Virus record (IMG/VR): IMGVR_UViG_3300050021_000294
Location: 1 to 60,288 of that record
Source of the DNA: a virus
Taxonomy: Duplodnaviria > Caudoviricetes
Direction: 5' to 3' (one strand)
Length of the DNA: 60,288 nt
The notes under the pieces are model-generated. The model saw nothing but the letters and a program-made list of their open reading frames with translations, was not told the DNA's origin and did not search any database. A program made the position numbers and the translations under genes. Below, piece by piece: positions 38,395 through 48,127 of this stretch; the stretch's first letter is position 1, and each line of letters opens with the position of its first letter.

Positions 38395-39975
38395 ATGTTT
38401 CAAAACAATCAGTTTCAGGGTGTTCCGACCAACCCTCTCACATCTACCATGTCTGCAGTATTGTGGATCATCTCACCGCGTCAATATAGTCAACAGGTCA
38501 AACGACCATTGCGTTATAATTTCAATGGTGGTATGATCGATGTTGCTGATTCTGCTGTTGCTAAAATGGCAGAACAGAATAATCCGATGGGCATTCGATC
38601 ACTGATATCCTCTCCAGTTTGGTTGTCATCAATGTTCCCAGATGCACAGGGACACACTATAGATATGCGACCACTGGCACCAAAATGGACCTTTATGTTA
38701 ATGGTCAATAATGATAAGAGCGGTCCTGGTGGTCAGATACGCATGATGTCGGATAACCAACATCTGTATTATGGATTTTTCGTTGAGGAGCCTTGTAATA
38801 TCAATATGCATATGGGAAGACAATCATTTAATCACAATGCGATGATGATCATCACCCATAAGACCCTCATTAACAAAACGAGTATGCTGAGTGGATGGGG
38901 ACAAAAATCACAATATGATGTAATGTCAGATGTTGATATTATTCATCCAATGCTCATGGGTAGTCTGACGACAATGCCCACAACACTTCTACGACCGGAA
39001 GATTTGTATCTTAATATCACCGATGATCCGGAACCTGTTGTTATGCAATCGACATCAGCATTGCTGGAACAGCAACAGGATCCACTTATGGTTACTGCAA
39101 ATCTGTCTGTACCACGAAGTAATCTTGAAAAGATTCTTGGTGCAGTGGCCGGTGCTCGTGGATCAATAAATGCCGATATACATTCTGGAACTTCCAATTC
39201 ATTAGCACTTGGTAGAGACAGCTTTCGTCAGATAGTTGAAACAAATCTACTAGATAACTGTCGTACCAATGAAATGGGTCTGAGTGCTGGAAGTAGCATC
39301 ACTCTTGGTGGGGTAATACAGCGGTATAATCCAAAAATCGAAACGGCACGTCAGGATTACAATCCACGATATGATCCGATTGATCAGAGTACTACGAGTG
39401 CTAGAAACATATTTGCTTCTATGTTGACGACGACCGTGCCTGCACTTATGATGGAATTTAAGTTGATTGAGATTTCCTTTCATTATGATTCTTATACTGG
39501 TGCATTTCAGTTGTTTGAAGAAACGCCACCAGCTACGATTGTGGTAATGTCTGATGCTGAAAGACAAGGATGTGTCAATGGATTCATTTACCGATTGACC
39601 GCTGAGATTTTACCCATTCTTAAAATGAACCATGGTGATTTTCATCTCAACATGAACTGTTCCAGTGGAGGTGTTACTCACATCAATCTCAACTTCTTCG
39701 ATGATGCCATCAGTTCCAATGAAGTATTTGAAGTTCCAACCATCTTTGGTGGACTCAATTCTTCCTTGTTGGGTGGAGCTCCAACATTTGATAACAATGC
39801 TAGAGAAATCCATGGTTTGATCAGTGGTCTTGTTGAAACCCATACGGACAGACAACCCCCACTGGGTTTCTATAACGAAGATCGGTTCTCACACGCTCTG
39901 AATCTATACGATCAGGGTCTGCCAGATACAACATTGCCCGTCGTCATTCCGTCATCGAATAGATGGCAGGTTTAG
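38395..39975 (+). CDS. putative PicA/Imp1-like nuclear import protein (phiKZ gp69 position)
   Basis: Y..Q..RP..Y, F.FML.V and LRPED motifs; near the sigma-like subunit gene; GGAG RBS before ATG 38395; positional call. Confidence 0.5.
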   Translation: MFQNNQFQGVPTNPLTSTMSAVLWIISPRQYSQQVKRPLRYNFNGGMIDVADSAVAKMAEQNNPMGIRSLISSPVWLSSMFPDAQGHTIDMRPLAPKWTFMLMVNNDKSGPGGQIRMMSDNQHLYYGFFVEEPCNINMHMGRQSFNHNAMMIITHKTLINKTSMLSGWGQKSQYDVMSDVDIIHPMLMGSLTTMPTTLLRPEDLYLNITDDPEPVVMQSTSALLEQQQDPLMVTANLSVPRSNLEKILGAVAGARGSINADIHSGTSNSLALGRDSFRQIVETNLLDNCRTNEMGLSAGSSITLGGVIQRYNPKIETARQDYNPRYDPIDQSTTSARNIFASMLTTTVPALMMEFKLIEISFHYDSYTGAFQLFEETPPATIVVMSDAERQGCVNGFIYRLTAEILPILKMNHGDFHLNMNCSSGGVTHINLNFFDDAISSNEVFEVPTIFGGLNSSLLGGAPTFDNNAREIHGLISGLVETHTDRQPPLGFYNEDRFSHALNLYDQGLPDTTLPVVIPSSNRWQV

Positions 39976-39987
39976 GAGGATACTCTA

Positions 39988-41358
39988 TTGAAAACCGCAC
40001 TCGTTACCAAGTTTCTCAAAGACATGGTGGAACTTGCCATTCCATTTACTGTTGATGATGAGAACTACGTTATCTGGTCAGCCGATCGTCCGGAACGCCT
40101 ATTGCTTTCGGATGATGGTAAATTGAATTCTAATGGTCAACCTATTTTGTTGTATCAGGAAGAAATCAAAGATCATACGGCCTATATTCTCAATCCTCTT
40201 GCAGAAGGACTTGGACAAACTCCATCGTCCAGTTGGTTCTATCGGTTACTTCAAGCTTCATTGAGTGCCAGAATTCAAGGACTGTGTCGAAATATCATTC
40301 ACAGCGCCATTGCTGCTAAGAAGACGACCGATAAAGAAGAATCTCATCTACCCATAGAGATTCTCAACGTCGCTGCTAAAATCAGCGATGATGTGGATGA
40401 CAAGACACTTGGTGAACTCGAACTGATTTTCGATTCTCCAGAATCTCATGAATTTCTGGTACTCTATTATCAGAAAAAGAATATCCGTTATGTTGTTCGA
40501 TCTGCGATTTTCGAACACGAAGGTGATGTTGTTCCAGGCATTGCCTCGTTCCGCAGTAAGTTCAATACGGATGGGGGTGTCCCAAAAATCCGCAAGAAGT
40601 CGTGGGGGGTTTTTGAAAAACTACTGCTCGGTATTCTCCACATTAAGACAGATGAAGAGCTTCATAAGTTCGGACGTAAGTCGACTGGATATCAAGATGG
40701 CGTGACGTGTGTTCGGCTATCGAGTATGCTCAATACACTACTTGCTATCTTTGAGGAGATCAATCCTCTTCTCAGTCATATCAACAATGGTGAACTTGCC
40801 ATTGATCTTTCGATGCTTACCGGGCACATTGATAATCTTGGTGGCTATGCCATCAATGCCAGAGGCATGGTGCAATCACGACAAACAACACCGCCACCAC
40901 AGAACAATCTCATACCAGGAACAGCAAATATTCCGGGTGCTGCACCATCGGCCATGTATGGTAATGTGGGACAACAACAACAACCAATTATCCCTGGAGG
41001 AGATATTGCTATTCCAGGTTATAACGTACCAGCAAATAGTGTTATCCTAGCACCAAATGCTGCTCAACAAGGCAACATGCCGGGACCCTACTACAATCCA
41101 CCTCAGCAACAACAGCAGCCAGGTCCTGGGTTTGGTCAACAACCAAATTGTGGATACGGTCAACAACAGCCACAATACGGATATGGCCAACAACCCCAGA
41201 TGGGACAGTGGCCACAACAAGGACAGCCTGGATACCAACCACTTCCTTGGGAAAACATCCCACCACCACCTCAACAATGGGGAGGATTGATGGGCAATCA
41301 ACAAAACATGCAGGGAATGAATTTTGTTCCAGGCATGCCCCAAGGAATCTATCGCTAA
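39988..41358 (+). CDS. conserved core-block protein with Q/G/P-rich low-complexity C-tail
   Basis: ILNPLAEG motif; the last ~150 aa are dominated by Q, G, P, N and Y. Confidence 0.65.
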   Translation: MKTALVTKFLKDMVELAIPFTVDDENYVIWSADRPERLLLSDDGKLNSNGQPILLYQEEIKDHTAYILNPLAEGLGQTPSSSWFYRLLQASLSARIQGLCRNIIHSAIAAKKTTDKEESHLPIEILNVAAKISDDVDDKTLGELELIFDSPESHEFLVLYYQKKNIRYVVRSAIFEHEGDVVPGIASFRSKFNTDGGVPKIRKKSWGVFEKLLLGILHIKTDEELHKFGRKSTGYQDGVTCVRLSSMLNTLLAIFEEINPLLSHINNGELAIDLSMLTGHIDNLGGYAINARGMVQSRQTTPPPQNNLIPGTANIPGAAPSAMYGNVGQQQQPIIPGGDIAIPGYNVPANSVILAPNAAQQGNMPGPYYNPPQQQQQPGPGFGQQPNCGYGQQQPQYGYGQQPQMGQWPQQGQPGYQPLPWENIPPPPQQWGGLMGNQQNMQGMNFVPGMPQGIYR

Positions 41359-41376
41359 CACTGACAGTATGATAAA

Positions 41377-41401
41377 GGCAGACCTCAATATGAGGTCTGC
41401 C
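41377..41401. terminator. hairpin terminator
   Basis: GGCAGACCTCA-ATA-TGAGGTCTGCC. Confidence 0.65.
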
Positions 41402-41438
41402 CACTCATCCTATAGACCCCATTATTTTTGAGTGTAAC

Positions 41439-42596
41439 ATGGCAGTTAATGATGCTTCCCTATTACAAACAAGTCCCATTCATTCGTGGATCGGTATTGT
41501 CGCCGATGATAAAGCCGCAAACAGCATCTCTATAAATGTTATTATCCCAGAACTCACACCATCAGTTACTGGAACTGTTGCTTCAACAACAGCAACACAA
41601 GCAGTTACACTAACTGACATCAGTGGAAACACTATCAATAGTTCGGTTAATACCGGAAATACAATTACGGCATATTACCATGGTGGGGCAACTAATCGCA
41701 AGTATCCACCCGACGTCGTTAAAGGTGAACAAGTTCAAATAACAAAATTTGCAAATGCTGATAAATACTATTGGGAATCACTTGGGCGCGATGATGCTCT
41801 ACGCAAGACAGAGACTCATCGCATTGATGTTGCCAATCGAGCAAACTTCAATGATCCAATGGATGACGACCATACCTATTCGATGGAAGTTGATACCAAG
41901 CGCAACAAACACATTTGTATCAAAACATCAAAAGGTAATGGTGAAGCTTTTGCCTATCAACTTATGCTTAATGCTGGTAGTGGAACCGCACAATTAACCG
42001 ATGATAATGGTAACTCTGTTATTATCAATAGCGCAATTGCACAAATTGTTATTCGCAATAACAAACAAGCATTCTTTATGCTCAATGGTGAAGATGTTAT
42101 CATTGGAGCACCAAGAGATTTTATAATGAAAGCTGGAAGACAAGTCTTATTTGAGAGTCCGCTAATAACAATGAATGTTACTTCCGGTAGTGGCGTGCTG
42201 GCTATCATTGCCAATGCTATTGCAATGTCTGCTAAATCTAGCATAACATCAACTGCTCCAGCTATTGGTCTTAATGGTGCCGTTCAGATTCCATCTATTT
42301 TAACTGCCATGAACATTCGTGCTGAAACTTATGCTAATGGTGCTCCTGGATCAACATACGGCGCTGCTTCTATAGCACTTGCTTCTGCACAAGCAACTGT
42401 ACCAAATGTTACTCCAGATACAATGATGCCTGCATCTCAACGACATGCTGCAGCTTGGGAACAAGTCAGTGCCGCACTCACAACAGTTGTGTCTTGTTTT
42501 GATGCAATTCAGTCGCATATTGGAGTACCAACAGCACAATCTGGAATTACTCCACTTTCAACAGATGCGCAGATGTCGAATCTACAAGGAACATAA
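41439..42596 (+). CDS. baseplate spike / gp5-gpV-like OB-fold plus beta-helix protein
   Basis: IGIVA.DK....I.V..PE, A.Y.G..TNR..PPDV.KGEQV.I, LTDDNGNSV.I repeats. Confidence 0.65.
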   Translation: MAVNDASLLQTSPIHSWIGIVADDKAANSISINVIIPELTPSVTGTVASTTATQAVTLTDISGNTINSSVNTGNTITAYYHGGATNRKYPPDVVKGEQVQITKFANADKYYWESLGRDDALRKTETHRIDVANRANFNDPMDDDHTYSMEVDTKRNKHICIKTSKGNGEAFAYQLMLNAGSGTAQLTDDNGNSVIINSAIAQIVIRNNKQAFFMLNGEDVIIGAPRDFIMKAGRQVLFESPLITMNVTSGSGVLAIIANAIAMSAKSSITSTAPAIGLNGAVQIPSILTAMNIRAETYANGAPGSTYGAASIALASAQATVPNVTPDTMMPASQRHAAAWEQVSAALTTVVSCFDAIQSHIGVPTAQSGITPLSTDAQMSNLQGT

Positions 42597-42601
42597 GTTC
42601 A

Positions 42602-43144
42602 ATGAATATCTTCCACAAGACAGTGCTGTATCTACTTCCGATTGCTTATAAATTAGGTCGTCAACGATTAGAAACCTCACATGAACCACAAGATCCTGCA
42701 TCTCTGAGACTTCTTTTCGATCGCATCAAACAATGGTGTATTATAAATCAATTCTTAACTCCAGCAAATGTTACTGGTGGTTATGTACCAAACATTGCTG
42801 GAAAATCATTAGACAATAACATACGAAATTTTATCTATGGAATGAACTTCAAACGACTTTGTGTACGCAGTTATCTGGATGATGCATTGGCATTATTTGA
42901 AGATACTGAATTCGATAAAACCACATCTCGACTTTATGATTTACATCTCAGATTACTGACTGAGATCGATTCTCGAACGCTCAATCTCTATATAAACAAT
43001 CTAACTTATGGATTAACAACTCTCTATTCTCTAGAAGAAGATGATGTTATTCCATGGGAAGAACTCTTTAGGACATATCCTTATTTGTGGATATTATTTC
43101 CTATTCAACAAATCATGCGCGATGTTACTCCAATCGATGGATGA
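42602..43144 (+). CDS. hypothetical protein
   Basis: Coupled to the spike gene. Confidence 0.6.
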   Translation: MNIFHKTVLYLLPIAYKLGRQRLETSHEPQDPASLRLLFDRIKQWCIINQFLTPANVTGGYVPNIAGKSLDNNIRNFIYGMNFKRLCVRSYLDDALALFEDTEFDKTTSRLYDLHLRLLTEIDSRTLNLYINNLTYGLTTLYSLEEDDVIPWEELFRTYPYLWILFPIQQIMRDVTPIDG

Positions 43145-43152
43145 TATAGTAC

Positions 43153-43186
43153 CCATAAGCCCTTCCCAATTGGGAAGGGCTTATGG
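43153..43186. terminator. perfect palindrome between convergent genes
   Basis: CCATAAGCCCTTCCCAATTGGGAAGGGCTTATGG. Confidence 0.75.
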
Positions 43187-43187
43187 T

Positions 43188-43526
43188 TTACACTGGTATT
43201 GGATTTGCTGTTACATAGTTGGTATAGAGCGATTGAATTAGCGTTAGACTAGGAACATACAACAATGTTGTTCCAGCAACAAACTGAACATCCGATGGAA
43301 TGTTATTGATCAAGGAAACGATCCAAGCTAAATGTGTATTATAGCCAATCGATCGCAAATACCGTTTCATACTAAAAATATAACTCTGTAGATATGAAGA
43401 GGAGATGCTATATGTTTGTGACTGACCAATGAGGTATTGTTTGTGATCACTAATGAATTGCCTCCAGACAACATCGGTATCGTCGTATTGATTGATACTG
43501 GCATTAAGTGTATCTATTAGAGCCAT
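43188..43526 (-). CDS. baseplate wedge (gp53/LysM-like) protein
   Basis: L.WIV.LINNI.S...F..GT.LLYVP pattern. Confidence 0.6.
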   Translation of the reverse strand: MALIDTLNASINQYDDTDVVWRQFISDHKQYLIGQSQTYSISSSYLQSYIFSMKRYLRSIGYNTHLAWIVSLINNIPSDVQFVAGTTLLYVPSLTLIQSLYTNYVTANPIPV

Positions 43527-43615
43527 AATTTCCCCAGCATCCGTTAAAAATTATCTCGCAATCTCATAATATGATAATGTCCAAAATCTTTAGTAGATTG
43601 TGCTGATCAATATTT

Positions 43616-43629
43616 TAAATATATATTAC
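43616..43629 (+). promoter_or_regulatory. early promoter motif
   Basis: TAAATATATATTAC. Confidence 0.65.
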
Positions 43630-43653
43630 TACAACAGAAGGGAGGGATACAAT

Positions 43654-43815
43654 ATGCTCACAGCTCACATCTATCGTTTGTATCCTTCTTTGGAACAGAG
43701 GATACAACTAGCCCAACACTTCGGTTGTGCTCGGTGAGGGCTCTCGTAAGACATCTGAGACTATCCAGATGCAGTCCCTGTGAAACGAGAAACATCAGAA
43801 ATGATGTGGTACATT
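43654..43815 (+). mobile_element. tnpB: internally deleted tnpB relic plus omegaRNA-like scaffold (copy 2)
   Basis: 27-aa ORF MLTAHIYRLYPSLEQRIQLAQHFGCAR* (43654-43737) with GGAGG RBS; scaffold shares an identical 35-nt 3' segment with copy 1. Confidence 0.8.
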
Positions 43816-43850
43816 ACTAAGATGAAATGCACTATCCATGGGAGTTGAAA

Positions 43851-46034
43851 ATGACAGTTGATATCCCCCCAAAATCTATCTTGTACAATACCACAAGTCT
43901 TACAGAACCCGCAGCTGTTTTACATAGAGACTATCCCTATTTGAATAATGTAAATATAGACCCACGACTCTCGGGTTTTCAGGCGGGATTAATTCCATTT
44001 CTTCCTGGAACATCGAGTCCACGTGTAGATATGTATGCCAGTCATCTCAATCAGGCAATGGTGCTGGATGGTGGTGAATTTTCAATGATTTTCGCTGGTC
44101 CTGAGCAGAATCTTGGAGAATATGAATTCAGTAAAACACGACGCAATCAAGATATTACAGTACTTGAAGTTATTCCAAAATACCCAACTGTATTTGGTCC
44201 AAATCGCATTGGTAAGAATCCATCACTTACGGTAATCTATGTTGGTCATACTGACAAAAAATTACACTATATGACGATCGATTCCTATCATAAAGGAAGT
44301 GATGGATTTGGATATGAACTCGTTTGGGAAAACACCCATCTGTTAACTCAACCAAATACACCAATAACCAAAGAGACACGTCTAACAACTTCGCCCAATC
44401 ACCGAGATGGTTTGTATGGTATGGGGTTAAATCTCAATGTCGCGTATATGACACTTGAGGAAACCATCGAAGATGCCATGTTGCTTAGTGAATCTGCCGC
44501 TGAGAAAATGATGACGAGTGAATTGCATGAAGTTAAAATCATTGTTCGTCCAGATCAATATCCCCTGAATGTCTATGGACATGAAGATGAAGTTCGATTT
44601 ATGCCGGACATCGGTGATATCGTAAATGCCGATGGAATTCTTGCAATCTTCCGACCACTGAATGCTGAAACTATAATCTCGGATACAACGAAAGGGTCGC
44701 TTGACGAACTTCAACAATTACACGATGATGTTTATGTTGCACCAGCAGGTTCTGTTATTCTAGATATCACTATCAATGCAGCACATTCATCCAAAGCACC
44801 AAAATCACTCTATGCTCAAGCCGACAAATATGTTCAAGCCAGTAATAAATATTGGCAAGAAATTGTTAGAGTGTATGGTCAAAACCGTCAGACCTATGAA
44901 CTTGCTGAGGAATCCAACACTCTTTTGAGTACGGCCATTCAACGATTGACTGCTGCTGGTATAGCAGTACAGCTACCTGGTGTATCGAGAAAGCCTAAGA
45001 CCAAATTGATCGGTAAGAATAAACAACCGATTGAGTTTATGGAAATCACTATCGTCTTTGCAACAAAAAGAAAGTTTGCTCCGGGATTCAAGATAACTGG
45101 CCGAGATGGTGCTAAAGGAGTATGTTGTCGTATTCTTCCAGATAAGTATATGCCGATTGACGATTATGGATTTCGTGCCGATCTTGTGGTCGATCCGAGT
45201 TCTTGTATCAGTCGCATGACGATGGGTCCGCTTTATGAACCGGCGATTAATCGAACTTCTGAATTCGTACGTCGTCGTCTAGCTGAGTTGTTTCCGAGTG
45301 ATCCGAGAGCTGCAGGAGCAATGCTACTCGATTATCTTGCAGATATCAATCCAAATTATTCAGCACATATTCGTGAAGTTATGTCGACCGATCAAGATAT
45401 GGCTGAGTTTGTCAAGTATTGTATTGATACGAGAATCAATATGCATATTCCACCTGGATTGAATACTATTGGATTGGAGCTTATCCAAAAACTCAAAAAC
45501 AAATGGAAGATTCCACTTTCTCCAGTGACGTTTACGCAATGTGATATGGATAATAATGTCATTGCACAGTTCAGAACTAGAGCTAATGTTTGTATCGGAT
45601 CTAAATATACGTATTTGTTGTGCAAGATTCCAGAACCATCCTCCCCTGGGGTTGCTCGCATCAATCAATACAATACACCAATGAAGTCTCCACCATCAGA
45701 TAAGTTCATGTATCCGATCAAACAGTCACCCATTCGTACTGGTGAAGATGAACTTCGAATTATTGTTATGGATCTTGAACATCCACAAGAACATGAACGA
45801 CTGATGTGTCTTCAAGGGAGTTCGCCGAAAGGAATTAATGCCGTTGCCGAAGCACTTCTCAATGAACCATATCCAACTAGAATCAAACGAATTCCCCTCA
45901 GCAATACGCAACTAATGACGTCGAATACTGTGATTCAGGTATTTGATCATATGCTATCTACCATGGGTGTTGGTATAACGACTGCTGGTCCAGTTCCCAT
46001 TCTCGGCGATCTCTTAAGGGATGTAAAGAAATGA
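43851..46034 (+). CDS. rpoB: non-virion RNA polymerase beta C-terminal subunit (phiKZ gp71-73-like)
   Basis: SSPRVDM..SHLNQA, GLNLNVAYM, EDAM..S, GFKITGRDGAKGV, D..GFRADLVVDP.S.ISRM and R.GEDE motifs. Confidence 0.92.
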   Translation: MTVDIPPKSILYNTTSLTEPAAVLHRDYPYLNNVNIDPRLSGFQAGLIPFLPGTSSPRVDMYASHLNQAMVLDGGEFSMIFAGPEQNLGEYEFSKTRRNQDITVLEVIPKYPTVFGPNRIGKNPSLTVIYVGHTDKKLHYMTIDSYHKGSDGFGYELVWENTHLLTQPNTPITKETRLTTSPNHRDGLYGMGLNLNVAYMTLEETIEDAMLLSESAAEKMMTSELHEVKIIVRPDQYPLNVYGHEDEVRFMPDIGDIVNADGILAIFRPLNAETIISDTTKGSLDELQQLHDDVYVAPAGSVILDITINAAHSSKAPKSLYAQADKYVQASNKYWQEIVRVYGQNRQTYELAEESNTLLSTAIQRLTAAGIAVQLPGVSRKPKTKLIGKNKQPIEFMEITIVFATKRKFAPGFKITGRDGAKGVCCRILPDKYMPIDDYGFRADLVVDPSSCISRMTMGPLYEPAINRTSEFVRRRLAELFPSDPRAAGAMLLDYLADINPNYSAHIREVMSTDQDMAEFVKYCIDTRINMHIPPGLNTIGLELIQKLKNKWKIPLSPVTFTQCDMDNNVIAQFRTRANVCIGSKYTYLLCKIPEPSSPGVARINQYNTPMKSPPSDKFMYPIKQSPIRTGEDELRIIVMDLEHPQEHERLMCLQGSSPKGINAVAEALLNEPYPTRIKRIPLSNTQLMTSNTVIQVFDHMLSTMGVGITTAGPVPILGDLLRDVKK

Positions 46035-48013
46035 TAGAATCCTTTGATCCAAGAACAATTCCTCTATTTCCTGCAGATTCACTTGCTTTGAGTAAACGGC
46101 TTCTTTCGATCAAAGACCAAATGTTCAGCATCCAACTTGCTGATATTGTTGTTACCATGTCAGCAAAGTGGCTTATGGTAAATATCTTTACCTGGAGACC
46201 TCTTGTTCGACGAGGATTACCAATAGAACAACGACATACTTTATGTGACGGATTGGTTACCTCTGTTAGACTTGCAGAAATCGAAACTGAGATTTACAAT
46301 GATGTAATTGCACAAGCAAATGTGCAGTATGGTCTAGTTCCGCCAGCTATCGACCGATTCATCCTCGAAGATCTTTGTGAAATAATCAACGATTTACACA
46401 CGATGGTTGCCACCCAACTTGGAGAGTATCATCTCTCCATGTCTGCCTTTGAACTTGCAGATCTTCTCTTGAGTCCAAAGATTGCTCCATTGACAAAAAT
46501 TGATATCTCAAAAGAGATGTTAATTGGCGTTACTGCAGTTGAAGAAAAGATAAATGCAGCTGGCCTGTTGATGATGACCGCACTTAAGGATCGATCCATT
46601 CCATCTAACATCATCGCTCCTTTTCTTGAACTCGGCCAGCTCAATGAAAAACAATTGGCTGCAGTAACCGTTGCCATTGGTTATCGCACCGATGCTTCTG
46701 ATAACATGGTTCGATATCCCATCATGTCTTCTTATGTGACAGGATTAAAAGATATCAAAGAATATGCCATCGATGCATTGATGGCAAAGAAGACGGTTTA
46801 CTACAATAAAAATGCTATGCCAGATTCTCAATACAATAGCCGCAAGCAACAGATTCTTTCTAGTGTTGTGCGACATCTCTATCCCGGAGATTGTGGTAGT
46901 AAACTAACAATACCATTTTACGTCAACAAGACCAATGCGCGATATATATTGGATAAGTATATTGTTGTAGATGGACGAAAAATCTGCTTAACCAAATCCA
47001 ATATCAAGTCGTACATTGGAACGACCGTCCACTTCAAATCTCCATTAACCTGTGGACATACAGATGGCGTTTGTCATGCTTGTGGGGGACGACTAACAGA
47101 CTATATGCCACCATTTGTTTCGCTTGGTATTGCCAGTACTATTGAATATATGGGTAAGGTGGCACAGCTTGTGTTGAGTTCAAAACACTTTGCCTTTACG
47201 AAAGCAATTGCCTATATTGTTCCAGATCAACTACGAGATTTTCTAGTTGTGCGCCAAAATGACATCTATATGCGAGAAACGATTGATATCAAGAAACTAC
47301 AGATCTGTATTCAATATAGGGACATATCCCATATCAAAGAACTATTGTCTGATGATGTAGGAGACAGTGCCCCTATTATTGAGCAGCAATTTTCTACAAT
47401 TCACACAATGCGATTTGTAAATGCCGATACTGGTCTATTGGAAACACCAGAAGTTCTGATGAATGGTGCAGCTGCTCATCCAGTGTGGCCATATTTTTCA
47501 TTAGAATTTCTCAACTTTCTAAGTGAACATCCAAAGAATGTCAACATTATAGATGATATCGTTTTAATTTCATTGAAAGATTTTGACTCTAGCAATAAGC
47601 CGCTGTTCCGCTATGTAATGCAATCGAGTAGTATGCTTAAATTCAATAGTGATTTGGCTAAATTTGCAACAAGTACTATTCGAGATTTTACGTCGATACC
47701 AGAAGCACTTGCTGAATTCTCACAGATGGTGTTTAGTGAGGTGAAGAATGTGAATATTCTTCATCTCGAGATTGTGTTGAAATCATATCTCATCGCAAGT
47801 GAGTTGGATTACAACATTCCTGTGGTAACAGATATCAATAATGTGAAATTTGGTACTCTTCTTAGTATCATCCCAAGGCGATCTCTGGGTGGATTGTTTG
47901 CCTATGAGCGATTAGCTGAATTCATGACGAAAGAACCAGAACTCTACTTGTTCCCCCACAGACAAGGTGATTTTGATGCATTCTTCATAGCCGAACTTCA
48001 ACAATATCTGTGA
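46031..48013 (+). CDS. rpoC: non-virion RNA polymerase beta' C-terminal subunit (phiKZ gp74-like)
   Basis: SQYNSRKQQ, GDCGS, SPLTCGH.DGVCHACGG Zn site and Q.VLSSKH motifs. Confidence 0.9.
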   Translation: MIESFDPRTIPLFPADSLALSKRLLSIKDQMFSIQLADIVVTMSAKWLMVNIFTWRPLVRRGLPIEQRHTLCDGLVTSVRLAEIETEIYNDVIAQANVQYGLVPPAIDRFILEDLCEIINDLHTMVATQLGEYHLSMSAFELADLLLSPKIAPLTKIDISKEMLIGVTAVEEKINAAGLLMMTALKDRSIPSNIIAPFLELGQLNEKQLAAVTVAIGYRTDASDNMVRYPIMSSYVTGLKDIKEYAIDALMAKKTVYYNKNAMPDSQYNSRKQQILSSVVRHLYPGDCGSKLTIPFYVNKTNARYILDKYIVVDGRKICLTKSNIKSYIGTTVHFKSPLTCGHTDGVCHACGGRLTDYMPPFVSLGIASTIEYMGKVAQLVLSSKHFAFTKAIAYIVPDQLRDFLVVRQNDIYMRETIDIKKLQICIQYRDISHIKELLSDDVGDSAPIIEQQFSTIHTMRFVNADTGLLETPEVLMNGAAAHPVWPYFSLEFLNFLSEHPKNVNIIDDIVLISLKDFDSSNKPLFRYVMQSSSMLKFNSDLAKFATSTIRDFTSIPEALAEFSQMVFSEVKNVNILHLEIVLKSYLIASELDYNIPVVTDINNVKFGTLLSIIPRRSLGGLFAYERLAEFMTKEPELYLFPHRQGDFDAFFIAELQQYL

Positions 48014-48020
48014 TGTAATC

Positions 48021-48047
48021 AAGAAGGTGACTGTATGTCACCTTCTT
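48021..48047 (+). terminator. intrinsic terminator
   Basis: AAGAAGGTGAC-TGTAT-GTCACCTTCTT followed by T-rich sequence. Confidence 0.7.
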
Positions 48048-48127
48048 TTGATTTATGGACGATGCTCTCTAAAATATTTGGAGGGCGAACCTCCTTTGTA
48101 ATACCATAATCATAAGAGGAGGTTTTC

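Noticed and set aside
39500-39509. GTGCATTTCA complementary to part of the copy-2 putative guide
   Set aside because: Only 10 nt and not at the guide 5' end; expected by chance in 60 kb
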